From the NCBI RefSeq assembly GCF_036321535.1, contig NC_087472.1:2108001-2172000 (forward strand): a DNA stretch of 64,000 bases, given 5' to 3'. A model generated the notes under the pieces. It ran no database searches. It had not been told where the DNA came from and was given only the letters and a program-made list of their open reading frames with translations. This DNA is from Camelus dromedarius (Eukaryota). This document shows positions 12,901 to 25,619 of this stretch, piece by piece. Each line of letters starts with the position of its first letter. The stretch's first letter is position 1. A program made the translations under genes and the position numbers.

Positions 12901-14559
12901 AGGAGGTAGGAAAGCTGGGAGAGTGAGCGCATATGGCCAAGCTAAGATCCAACTATAAGGCCAGCTCCAATGTAGCCTGCTTCCGGGCAATGGGTTAGTG
13001 TAAAAAGAAATGAGAGTGCCTTCAGCCTTGATGCTAGGAACCTTCTAGAAACAGGCCAACAACGCTTCTCAGTGTTGGGGAGGAACTAAGCAAAGGAGAT
13101 TCATAGAAGAGGACCCGGGAATGGCTGGCGAACTTCTGAGATGATGCCCGACCTCACCGCGGACCAGGGGAATGCAGGGCATACAGTAACGAGGCAGTGC
13201 TTCTCCCTGTGGGGTAGGCCAATGCTCAAGGCTGGACAAGGCCAAAGGCTGCTGAGGCTGTGGGGTACACAGGACCAGACGGCTCCCATGCCGCTGGCAG
13301 GAGTGAACATGGATTCAGCCACTCATGAGAGGTAGCAGATTAGCAATTCCTGGTCATGGGCACAACCACAGAATACACAGTCCCAGCAAAACCACTTCTG
13401 AGCTGGCAAGTGGCCCTGACAGGCATGTGCAGGCTGCTAGTGGCAGCAGCGTCTGTAACCACCAAAGACTATGAACCATCTAAATGCCCATCCTTGGGGT
13501 CATAGACAAATAAACTGGGGCTGTGATTCAACCAGGAGCATGAGTGAGCTGGATGCTTGGGGAAGCCTCGACCAGTAAACCTTGAGTAGGAAAAATAAGT
13601 CTCAGAAGAGGATGTCTGGCTGGATGCCAGGCAAGGAAAGAGAATGGGGGCAGGGGCAGCAACAACACCCAGACGTGTGACCCTGAGAGAACCCGTGTGC
13701 CGCCTGATGGGTGGAGACATTGTCCACATGGCCCCAGACTCCCATAAAGGTGCAGGGTGGTGAGACCCACAGGGACTGGAGGCTCTCTTTCCAGCCCAGC
13801 CAGCACTGTCTGGTGCACTCTCTAGCCTAGGTGCCAATGGAAAAGGGGAAGGACCTATGGAAGATGGGAGACCAGGGGCAAGCCAGCAAGAGGTCTCTGA
13901 GGAGGCCCAACACCCATGCTGCCTTCAGAGACCAAGAGAGACTGATGTCTCAGAGTCTATTAGGCTGGTAAGGGCACAGGGGGCAGGGAACACACTGAGC
14001 GCCCAACTCCCAACAGACCAGCTCTCCCGTACACACCATCAGGCAGAGACCCCAATTCTGTCCTTTTGCTAAGCTAAGGCCTGGAGAAGGGGCAAGGACT
14101 TGCCAAGGACACAGAGTAAGACACAGGCCCTGGGGTTGAGCTCTAAGTAGCAGAAGCCCACGCTTGAGATTTGGACTTAGAGTGAGCAAAACCTGGCACC
14201 CTCCTTGGGGCTGGCTACCTGGGCAGCGAAGCTCCTTTGCCGGTCAAGCACCCACAGCGGTGGTGCCTGCGGTTCCAGGCCCCCCAGGCGAGCTGGGAGG
14301 GCAACGTGGGGACGGTGGACCCTCCACTGGGGTGGTGTGTGTGAACACGCGTGCACCTATGGGACATCTGCTCTGGGGAATCACACCTGGACGAGGTGCT
14401 CCTCACCTAGCCTTGGGACAGGACAGGACCCGTCCTGGGTGGGGAGGGGGAGGGGAAGAGCAGGTAAAAAAGGCCCAGAGGGATACTCCACTCCACTGCT
14501 CCCCACCCCCGGTATGAACGCACCTCCTGGCGCCCAGCTGCTCTCTGGTGGTGGGAACC

Positions 14560-15300
14560 CTGGCGAATGCACCCCTCGACATGCTGGCTCCCTGAGGACA
14601 CGTTCTGGGAGGGGCAGGAGACAGGGCCGGGTCCTGGGCCCCGGGGGTCCCCACCTGTGCCCGCACCCCCTCGGGGGCGGGGGAAGGCACAGGTGACATC
14701 ACCCGCGGTTCCAAGGGCGTCTGCGGCGGTGGCGGCAGCCGGGCAGCGTGACCTGCGCACTCCAATGGCCCTGCGGTCTCCAGGGCGACGCGGAGGGTCC
14801 GCGCTCCGCTGCCACTGCGCCCCCGCCCTGGGTCCCCACTGCAGTGAGCGGTGGCGAGCAGGCGCTGGAGCGCTGGTCCACGTGCGGCGGGGAGACAGGG
14901 GCCGGGAGCGGGAGACAGCGGGGGAAAGTGGGGCGCCGGACCCTGTGGGCACTCAGAGCTGCCCCGGGCCCCTCCTGCTGGGACCTCGGCCAGGAAGGAG
15001 CCCGACCGAGACGAAGGTACCAGACCCCGGGAGGGTGCGCTTGGCCCCGGGAGACCCCCACCGCCCTCCGCCAGCCTCGGCGGGACTGCCACAGCCTGCG
15101 GGGACGGGGACGGGGACGGGGACGGCGTGGGGAGGGGCTGTGGTCCCCGAGGGGCAGGCGGAGAGCGGGGCGGGGGCGTCTACCCTGGACCGCAGAGGCG
15201 CGGTGGGGGGAGGAGGGGCAGCACCGGGTGGGGGCGGGGGCGGGGGCGGGGGCGGGGCGGCCTTAACCTCGCTCTTGTCCGGTTCGCATTCACAGGCTGT
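14560..15300 (+). promoter_or_regulatory. CpG island, non-coding exon 1 and intron of PNMA3 relic
   Basis: Dense CpG and GC boxes. Donor AAG|GTACCA at 15017. (GGGGAC)n at ~15100-15125 and (GGGGC)n at ~15228-15260. Branch CCTTAAC at 15261. Acceptor CACAG|GCTGTGG at 15295/15296. Confidence 0.7.
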
Positions 15301-15403
15301 GGAGTCCTGGGCCATCTGCTGTTGCTCTGGGAGTTGGCCCAGATTTATGTGCATCACACACCGATGATTCTCCCCTAAATTAGACTCCGCAGAGTTAGGA
15401 AAC

Positions 15404-16760
15404 ATGCCTTTGAGCCTGTTGCAGGACTGGTGTCGGGGCGGGGTGGGGGGGGGGACATCTGAACACCTGGAGGTCCATACTCATTCTGGGGATTCCTGAG
15501 GCCTGTGGTGAGGATGAGTTTGAGGACACTCTTCAGGACACTTTCAGGCACCTGGGCAGGTGTAGGGTCATTGGCAGGATATTTAGGAGGGAGGAGAATG
15601 ACCAAGGGTTTCTCCTAGAGCTTAGCCAAGATACCGACTATGCTTTGAACCCCAGGGAAATACCAGGAAAGGGAGGGCCCTAGAAAGTGGTTGCAAAACC
15701 TTGTAGCTCAGATGGCGACTTTCTCAATAGACTGAACCGCTTCTTAGAGGAGGAGAGGTGGACAATGTCAGACATGAACAGAGTCCTTGGATCAGACACC
15801 AGTTGTCCTGCTCCGAGAGTGGCCATGTCACCTGATTTCTGGACCTGGGCCCAGGCCCCGGGGACAGCCGCACAGCCTCTGCTAGAACAAAGGTACCGAG
15901 AACTGAGAGTATTTTCTGGGAACACCATGTACATCCCAGGGGTGATGGTATTTTAAGCCTGGTTCGAACACACCACTGAGGTGCTACAGGGTGCCTGAAG
16001 GGGAGAAGAGGCGTTGGCTGATGGAGTGCTTGCGGGGCCCTGCCCTCCAGGTGGTCAGTGGGCTCCAGGCCCACAATGCTGCCCTAACTGTGGAGGAGTG
16101 CCTGGCAACACTGTGGCAGGCGTTTGGACCTGTGGAGAGCCGTAAAATTGCCCATGTGAAATTTTGTAAGGCATATCAGGAGGCAGGTGAGAAAGTCTCT
16201 ATCTTTGTGTTACGTTTGGAACACCTGCTCCAGAGAGCTGAAGGAGAAAAAACACTCTTACGAAGGAATGAAAATCAGGGTGGGGCCACCCTTACTGACA
16301 AACTTCAAAACAGGCTGATGAAACAACAAAGGAAGCCTCCTAGGTTCCTGGCACTGGTGAGGCTCCTGCATGTGGAGGAGGACTGGGAGACCACTTTCAG
16401 GCCAGAGAGAGGCTGGAGTGGCCAGAAGCAGGCATAAGTTCATCTGCCAGAGCCAGCGGTTCCAGGGCAGTGTCCTTCCCTGTCCCTGGATGTGCCCAGC
16501 AGGCCAGGCCTTCCCAAGGTTCCTGACGCAGAGGGGGCAGAGGCCACCACTGAAAGGAGGTTGTGCCAAGGGCCAGCACTCCAGGCTCAGGAAAACAGAA
16601 ACACCACATGTCCTGCAATAGCCGTGGAGAAGACGGCCACATGAGGGCACGGTGCAGCAACCCGGCAAGCCTGCTCTTGGCAAAGCAGGAGAGACAAACT
16701 GCCATTCAGTCGGGAAATGAGAGCTGGGTCTGGGACAAGACCCATCCCAAGCTAAGGTGA
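15404..16760 (+). pseudogene. PNMA3: PNMA3 (paraneoplastic antigen Ma3, Ty3/gypsy Gag-derived) pseudogene
   Basis: Pieces translate to PNMA3-like peptides from ATG 15404 (MPLSLLQDWCRG) through DGDFLNRLNRFLEEER and EGEKRRWLMECLRGPALQVVSGL to SGNESWVWDKTHPK. Lesions: frameshift in a G-run at ~15440-15455, TAG 15681, TAA 15954, frameshifting deletion ~15990, frameshift ~16405, TGA 16524 and 16551, second zinc-knuckle Cys changed to Arg. Confidence 0.93.
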
Positions 16761-18189
16761 AGTAGGCTCAGGAGAACAAGGCAAGGTTTCTTACTGTGGG
16801 CCCAGGAGACAAAATAGTTATTGGAAGAAGGGGAAGGGGCAGTCCACACAAACAGCATGGGGCTTGAGCGAGGCAGAGGGGCAGGGAAGCCAAGCCCAGG
16901 TCAAGCCTCCTTGTCCTCTGCCAGCTGAAAGGGACTCCATCAACCAAGCCACAAGCAGCTCAGTGAAGGCCAAGCACGGGGCTCTGAGGAGGTGCTGGTG
17001 ACCCAAACAGGGGGCCACCATATTTAGCACACGGGCTGCCCGAGCCTTAGAGACCCCAACGCAGCAGACGCTGAAAGGGTGTGGCCAGGTGTGTGATTTG
17101 ATAAAGCCGCCCATGAAACTCGACATATCAAATTAGCCTAATTATATGTAGCACCTCTGTTTTTATAAAGTGAAATCTCTTTTGTGATTTTCCAGGATCC
17201 CTCTTGGAAAACACAAATAAAACTTGAGACCAAGGATATATCACTAAGGATTTGAGTGTGGAAGGTAAAATTAAGAAGTTGTCAGAAGCTTTGAATATTT
17301 CTTTAAATAAGATGATAGCTCAGCGAGAAACACTACTTGTCTATCTACTTTACCAAAGTGACAAAATATTTTAAAAGTAAATAGAGGAGGCAACGCAATT
17401 ATAAAGAACCTTAGTTCTTTCAAAAGTGAGACTTGGTTCTCAAGTAATTAAGGCTATAATAAAGTGAACATAAAGCAAAGAAAATTATTCTGGTAAGAAA
17501 GAATCCTTGCTTTCTAGGCAGATTACTCAAGAAGCAAAGAAAAGCTTTTCATTAACTCTTATTGAGAGCACACCAATAATCTAAGAAACATGTCACCTTA
17601 TTAACAGAGAAAACGAAATTCTAGTTTTGCATCAGTGTGCTATTTGATATTATAGCTCATCTTTAAAACCTTATAAATAAAGCCATTGAACTTTAACTAC
17701 CATTGACCACAAGAAATAAAATCCCTTTTCTGAGAACCACATCCATCCAGGTTTTGTCCTACACATTCATCTTTCTCATTCTGGAACAACCAGTCATTTT
17801 ACTTTCGGACAAAATTATTCTTTTTCTTTAACAAAAACGCATTCTGCATACCTTCTATACTTTATTTAGTCTAAATCTAAGGTTTATTTTTTCTCAAAGT
17901 CTAAGGTTTTCAGTTACCAAAAGATCTTGGAAAGTATCTTTAAGGCTGATGTACTACACATGGAATATAATTACTATTGAAATAAAGTTTTGTGAGAATG
18001 AGTTCCCTTTCATTAATTTCTGAGAATTTTGAGTATTCAATTTATAAAAGCACTTAATTATCTCTAAACCAATAATAATGGAGCTCCTTGGGGTGATTTT
18101 ATAATCTCATTTGGTAATACCATCAGGGGTAGGAAATGTTACGTACACATATGGGCACACAAAAACATGCATATAAAATAAATAAAAGT

Positions 18190-18410
18190 CCCGGGGAAGT
18201 AATAGACAGCATGGACACTATACTTAATAATAGTGTACTATATTGTATATTTGGAAGTTGTTGAGAGAGGAGATTTTAAAAATTCTCATCGCAAGGGAAA
18301 AAAAAAACTATGTGTGGCGATAGATGTCAAATAGACTTATTACGGTGGTTATTTTGCAACATATACAAATATCATTAAGTTGTACACTTGAAACCAATAT
18401 ATGTTTTTAG
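18190..18410 (+). mobile_element. L1 3' end fragment (L1MA-like)
   Basis: acagcatggacactatacttaataatagtgtactatattgtatatttggaagttgttgagagaggagattttaaaaattctcatc...gttgtacacttgaaaccaatata is a typical L1MA 3' tail. Confidence 0.6.
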
Positions 18411-18899
18411 AGGTGTTTCTTAACCTCCACTTTTCTAGGATCACAGTCAGAACACGTCTTCCCATGGTATCACCCTCTGTGACAGCTCGTGATACCTGTA
18501 ATGCCAGGGGGCTGAGTGGGGGCTTGTGAGAGTCCTCAGGTAAAAGTAGGTAGGGTAGGTAGACCCCTACTTGGGGTCTGCGACTTTCTGGCAGCAGCAG
18601 GTAAGCGCTTTTGCTTGGCACAGGAACCGGAGTGATTAACCGGCCTCTCAATAGTTCCTTCTAATTAAGGAAGGCGTATTCAGGTCTGTGCTTCCCTTCC
18701 CAGACGTAGCGCGTATCTGTGCTCAAAGGGGAGTCTGCAGATATCTTGCTTAGTAATCTTTAATTTAAAATTTGGTTTGCTTTTCATATTTTTATGAAGA
18801 CTTTACCAAAAAGCCTCTTCTTTTGTGTCCCAAATAAAGCAAAAGAAATTTATTCTGTCACCAAAGTCCCACAGCTTGAAAAGTGACTACAGGCTTCGG

Positions 18900-19065
18900 A
18901 GCCGTGATGCTCAAAGCGTCCGTCAAGGATTCGCCGCATCAGTCATCACGCTTTCGAGAAACGCAGAATCTCAGTCCCGCCCCAGCCCTCCCGACTCAGA
19001 GCTTGGCTTCTTATCGAGATCTCCCGGGGACTGTGCATGCCTTCCAGGGCACTAAACTGAGATTC
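18900..19065 (+). mobile_element. MER5A1-like fossil, unusually CpG-rich
   Basis: gagaaacgcagaatctcagtcccgccccagccctcccgactcagagcttggcttcttatcgagatctcccggggactgtgcatgc follows the MER5A1 consensus layout. Confidence 0.45.
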
Positions 19066-19589
19066 ACCCACGCCCTTATCCGGAGCAGCGCATTAGTGTC
19101 TCGCGGGCCCCTGGGCAAACATTGCAGCCGTCCTTTTGTGGAAGAAATCGCCTCTGGAAAAGGGCGGGAAGCAGTTTGGGTACTAGATGGGTAATGCTTG
19201 GTCGTGAAGTCGAGAGTATAATGGGAGAGTGAACTCCTTTGATAGTTTTCTACCTTTTGGTGAACCCTGCAAATTTTCATGCTTTTGTGTTTCACAGAAA
19301 GCAGCTGTATTCTTTTACCTAGAAAACAGCCTGATAAACTGGGATCTGGATTTCCTTTAGTGAGCACCCGCTAGGGCTTTACTTTTGCACTCAGCTCTGT
19401 GCAGACTGCGTGGAGTATTCAAATAGGGACAGCGGCTGGTGACTGTCACGCCACAGATCCCGTCCAATGGGGAACAGACACGAGGAACAGGAACTGCAAG
19501 GACTGCTAGGCCTGGTACAGCACGTGGCAGGCCTGGCGGGCTTCTTCGAGCTAATCCAAGTCTGGACTCGGCCCAGCTCGGTAACGTAA

Positions 19590-19880
19590 GGCGCCCCCAG
19601 CTTGATTCCCACTCCCTGTCGCCCGGGGGAAAAGCAGGGACAGGGGCGCAGGGCGGGGCACGGAGTTCCCCCTTCGAGAGGGTGGTGGGTGACACGCTGC
19701 TAGGGCGCAGCCGCGAGCGGGCTGTGTGCAGTCCCGGGGCGGGGGGGGGGAGTCTGTCACCTCACAACCTCTTCCCGCCACCAGCTCCTGGCCCAGCCTG
19801 CACCGCGGCAGCGGAGGCGACAGGCGCAGGGTGGTTGCGGTGCTGCGGCACTCTGGTCTGGAGGCATCTCCAGCAGGTAT
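19590..19880 (+). promoter_or_regulatory. Putative PNMA5 promoter and first exon
   Basis: CpG/GC-rich patch ending in donor CAG|GTATGA (GT 19877). Further candidate 5' UTR splice sites: acceptor 20939, donor GG|GTAAGG 21252, final acceptor TTGCAG|GCTGTGG 22060/22061. Confidence 0.5.
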
Positions 19881-20179
19881 GAGTTGTGGCCCGGGGCACA
19901 GAGAGCAACCCAAACCGCATGGGATTCCTCCCAGTGATCCTCGCCATCTTGCTTGGCATCCCAGGGGCTAGGGGCTGGAAGTAGGATCCCGCTGGGTCAG
20001 GCATGGCACCCCACCAGCTCCCTGCCATTTCCACACCTAACCCCGCCCAGAGCCACTGCGGTCAGGACAAGTGGCTCTGAGCCTTACCCTGGAGGGAAAG
20101 TGTCTTCAGTCCCACCCCTCTCCTGGCCTCCACCAGCTTCTACTGACCAGATGTATTCCTGCAATGGAATAGGGGGTGT

Positions 20180-20870
20180 TTGAGGTAGGGGGTGTGTGGA
20201 GGGGTGGGGTGACTTAGGAAGGTGGGCTTAGGTGTGTGTGCGGAGCGCAGGGGAATAAGGGTGGGAGGCTTCGGGACAGGAGTTGGACTCGGGTGTGGGC
20301 AGGGCTTGGGGCAGGGAAAGGCCTTAAAAAGAGGCCCCGACATAGCTTGGGTGGGGGCAGGGCTTCTTTAGGGATTTGTGGCGGGGTTTGAGACTTGGGC
20401 ATAGGTGGAGGTAGGGCTTAGGAGGGGGATGGGACTTGGCTGGGGCAGGGATCCAGCTTCCGTGTGGGTGGCGCTTGGTGGCAGAAGTTGGGCTAGGGTG
20501 GGGGTGGGGCTTGGGGAGGGGTCGAACTTCTGTGGGGGTGGGGCTTGGGAGGGGATGGGACTTGGGAAGGGGTGGGCCTTGGTAGCGGCAGAGATCGAGC
20601 TTCCATGCGGGTGGGGCTTGGCGTCAGGGGTTGGGCTCAGGGGAGTGGGGCTTGGGAAGGGGTGGGACTTGGCGGGGGCAGGGATGGAGCTTCTGTGGGG
20701 GTGGGGCTTGGCCTCAAGGGGTTGGGCTCCGGAGGGGTGGGACTTAAGACAGAGGTTGAGCTTCAGTGAGGGCGGGACTCGGTGGCAGGGATAGGGCTTG
20801 GGGAGGGGTGGAACTTGACAGTGGGGGCAAGGTTTGCGGGCGGCGGTGGACCTGAGGGTGGGGCAGTAAT
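20180..20870. repeat. Degenerate G-rich tandem repeat (GGGGTGGGGCTTGG-like)
   Basis: Many GGG(G)TGGG(G/A)CTTGG units with a recurring GAGCTTC(T/C)GTG spacer motif, e.g. ~20458, 20526, 20598, 20688, 20758. Confidence 0.8.
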
Positions 20871-22175
20871 CTTACTGTAAGGTCCCTTCTGTTCTAATAC
20901 CGATTGCCAGTTGAGCCGTTTCTTGGCTCCTTATACCAGGGTACTTGTGGGCACCTCTGTAGACTCAGAATTGGCGCGGCCTGAGCAGGGGTGTCTGTGG
21001 CAGAATCATAGTGAAATACTTCTACCTTGCCTTGGACAGATCCAATGAAGCAGTACCCAGCACCCCGGGACCAGGAACTGCCTGACTGTGGTCAGAGCTA
21101 GAGGGCAGGCGTACTGTTGAGTGTGTGGGTGGAATCCCCGCAGCTGTCAGGGGGGCCCTAAGCAGCAGGTGAGCAGCTGTGAAGTGGACCTATGTTGGGA
21201 GGGGCCTCTGTAAAACTGACAAAAAGCAGGAGGGGAGGGGTGGTCTGCAGGGTAAGGTCACACCTAGGGTGAGAGTTGTCTGTTTCCTGCAGTGTGGTCC
21301 TGGAGACCCTTTTGGGGTCCCTTTTCGGCCCCTGATTCTAGTGTCTACACAATTTGAAACCATAAGCTCTTGTGTTTTTCAGCACTTGGTCCTTGCTGCC
21401 CACCCTCCAGCTCCCCTCCCCCCACAACAACAAAAGACACTTCTTTGGTCGGAGGCTGGTGACATCACCTGTTGCTCCCTGACCTGAATCTCCTCTGTGA
21501 CGGAAACTCGGGGTCCCCGCTGTTTTTCGTATCCATGGCAACACTGCCGCTTGTCACACCTTCTCCACACCCACCAGTTTCGTTGCATGGTGCAGAACTC
21601 CAGCCATCTTTCTCATTTGTCAGGCATTTTCTGAGAAAGGAGGGAACGCCACGTCTCCATCCTCCGACCTTCGCCCCAGTGAAGAGGGTATCAGGTGCCC
21701 TGGGCCTGCAGAGCCCTGAGCCAGGGAGTGGGACAGCCACCTGTTCACTCCTGCTTGGAGGGCTTTGGCAGTGTTCCTCGGCATCTGGCCCCACCTCTTG
21801 ACTCTAGCCTTTCCACCACAGGCACCTCCAGTACACACAGCAGAGTTCTCGGACTTTGAGGAGGAACCCACAGCAAGAGGAGGTCAGCAGGGAGGGGATG
21901 AGTTGGGGGTAACTTGGCCTGAAGAGACCCCTCCACCAAATGATTGGGGAAGCCCTGAGAAGCAGGGATCCCTGTGAGTGGAAGTGGGGGAAGAGGAGGG
22001 GCTTTTGGTGGGGGTGGGAGGGTGGGCATTAATGATGCTCTCATCCCGTTTGCATTGCAGGCTGTGGAAACCTGGGACGATTCTGCCTTCATACTTGGCA
22101 CTGGCTCAGGATTTTTTGAGTCCTGGTCCAACACTGTGAGCTGATTCCTGCCCCCGGTGTTAGATCGGTCCATAG

Positions 22176-24103
<1,928 letters not shown>

Positions 24104-24332
24104 GGGCAGGAGACCCAGCGGCCCCAGGGACCAAGCACCGGCCTACAGGCAGTCTCCTCCCCCTGCCCCCAGGAAGGGCCGTGGGGGCAAGGAGCACCAA
24201 GACTGTAAGGAGAAGATGCGCAGACAAGAGCTGCAGCTCAGCTTGGCAGGCAGGGCTCCTGGGTACCTGGTGGGCCAGTACCCCACAACAGGCTTTGGTG
24301 TGAGTGGGTGTGCAGGGAAACTTGTTCCAAAG

Positions 24333-24480
24333 CAGGAGGAGGAGGAGGAGAGGAGGAAGGGGAGGAGGAGGGAGAGTAGGAGACAGAGGAGGAGCAGGAG
24401 GAAGACGAGGAGGAGACAGGCGGAGGTGAAGGTGGAGAAGGAGGAGGAGGTAGTGGTGGAGAAGCAGGAGGGTGGAGGAT
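24333..24480. repeat. Polypurine (GGA/GAG)n low-complexity tract
   Basis: About 150 nt of almost pure G/A (gcaggaggaggaggaggagaggaggaagggg...). Confidence 0.85.
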
Positions 24481-25613
24481 TCGTTGGTGGGAGGGAGGGG
24501 TGTTTCGTTCTTGTGTTTGTGTATGGCCACTGGAGACGTGCAGAGAACAGGCAAGGCGACCTGGGACTGACCTGGCCAACCACAGCTCACCAGCTGCCAA
24601 TGCCAAGGCCACCGCCAGACCCTGCCAACTCGGGCGGCCGTCCTCGGAGCACCCCTGAGAGCCCAGCCCCGGCCTTGGTGAGGGCCACCTGAAGACGTCT
24701 GCCCCCACACTGCCCTGGGAGATGTCAGGGGCCATGTCAAGGTGCCTGGGCCTCCGAGAGGGGCCCCTAGTCACCGTCCCCTGGGGCAGGCTGCTCCCTG
24801 TACTAGGAAGCCCATAGGAAGCCTGTGTCTCTGTGGCCCCATAGTGATCTCCTCACCACCCCCACACCAGCCCCCGTTCCCGTGCAGAGCCCTGAGGTGC
24901 CCGTGGACCCAGGCCGGGTGTCCCTCCTACCCGGGCCGCCACCTCTGGGCCCGGCCACGTGCCCTGAGCTCAGGGCACCAAGGCTCTGCTCGCTCTGGCC
25001 CAGTGTCGTGAGCTCCACGTCCGCTGTGTCGGAGTAGATTTAGGCCAACCGCTGCTTGTTCTTGTGGAGATGTGTGTGTGTTCTTCTCTGAGCAGTACCC
25101 CCAGCCCAGCCCGGAGACCCCAGCCCGGTCCCAGGAGACGGCGGGAAGGACAGATGGACGACGCCCACGTGGTGGCCTCGGGAAGGAAGAACTGGGCCGG
25201 GGAAGGTCGGGGGCTGCGGAGGGTCCTCGGGGACCGTGCTGTGATCTGCCATCGCTGCTCCTCGTGACCCCTTGTCCTGGGCTTGGGGGAGCGTTCCCCG
25301 CCGTGTTCTCCAGTGTCCTGTGGGGGCCAGAGGGCAGGGCCAGGCCCCAGCACGTGGGCCAGAGGTGGAGGGGTGCCCTGGGGGCAGCGGTCATTGCTGG
25401 GGTCCACCGTCCTGGCCAGAGGCTGACCGTGGGGCCCTCAGGAAGGGAGACTACGCGGGGAGGGCCACAGCATGGTGGGAGGCAGCTGAGACACCTGGTG
25501 AGGGACCCCGGGAGGAGGAGGGGGCTGAGATCTGTGGGCTTTAGTGGCCGTTAGAAGTTCCTGTCTGTGTGGTCATTCCCTCTCTTCAGTAGTTTCTGTC
25601 AATGTTTCTCTTT

Positions 25614-25619
25614 AATAAA
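25614..25619 (+). terminator. Probable PNMA5 polyadenylation signal
   Basis: AATAAA at the end of the GC-rich 3' region, followed by a U/GU-rich stretch. Confidence 0.6.

Larger units (their letters stand above)
17180..19560 (-). mobile_element. Probable ERV1-type internal remnants with other inserted repeats
   Basis: AT-rich, non-coding sequence resembling antisense MER4/ERV1-group internal and leader regions. Family recognised only loosely. Confidence 0.35.

Noticed and set aside
14400-15405. Overlapping 150-266 aa ORFs on both strands
   Set aside because: Expected stop depletion in a CpG island; Gly/Pro/Arg/Ala low-complexity products with no homology recognised.
15687-16760. ORFs 15687-15956, 15991-16437 and 16563-16760 as independent genes
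   Set aside because: All begin at GTG and are consecutive fragments of the disrupted PNMA3 frame.
24740-25554. Many short GC-rich ORFs and a possible intron in the distal PNMA5 3' region
   Set aside because: The donor (GTGCCT) is weak and no homology is recognised; treated as 3' UTR.
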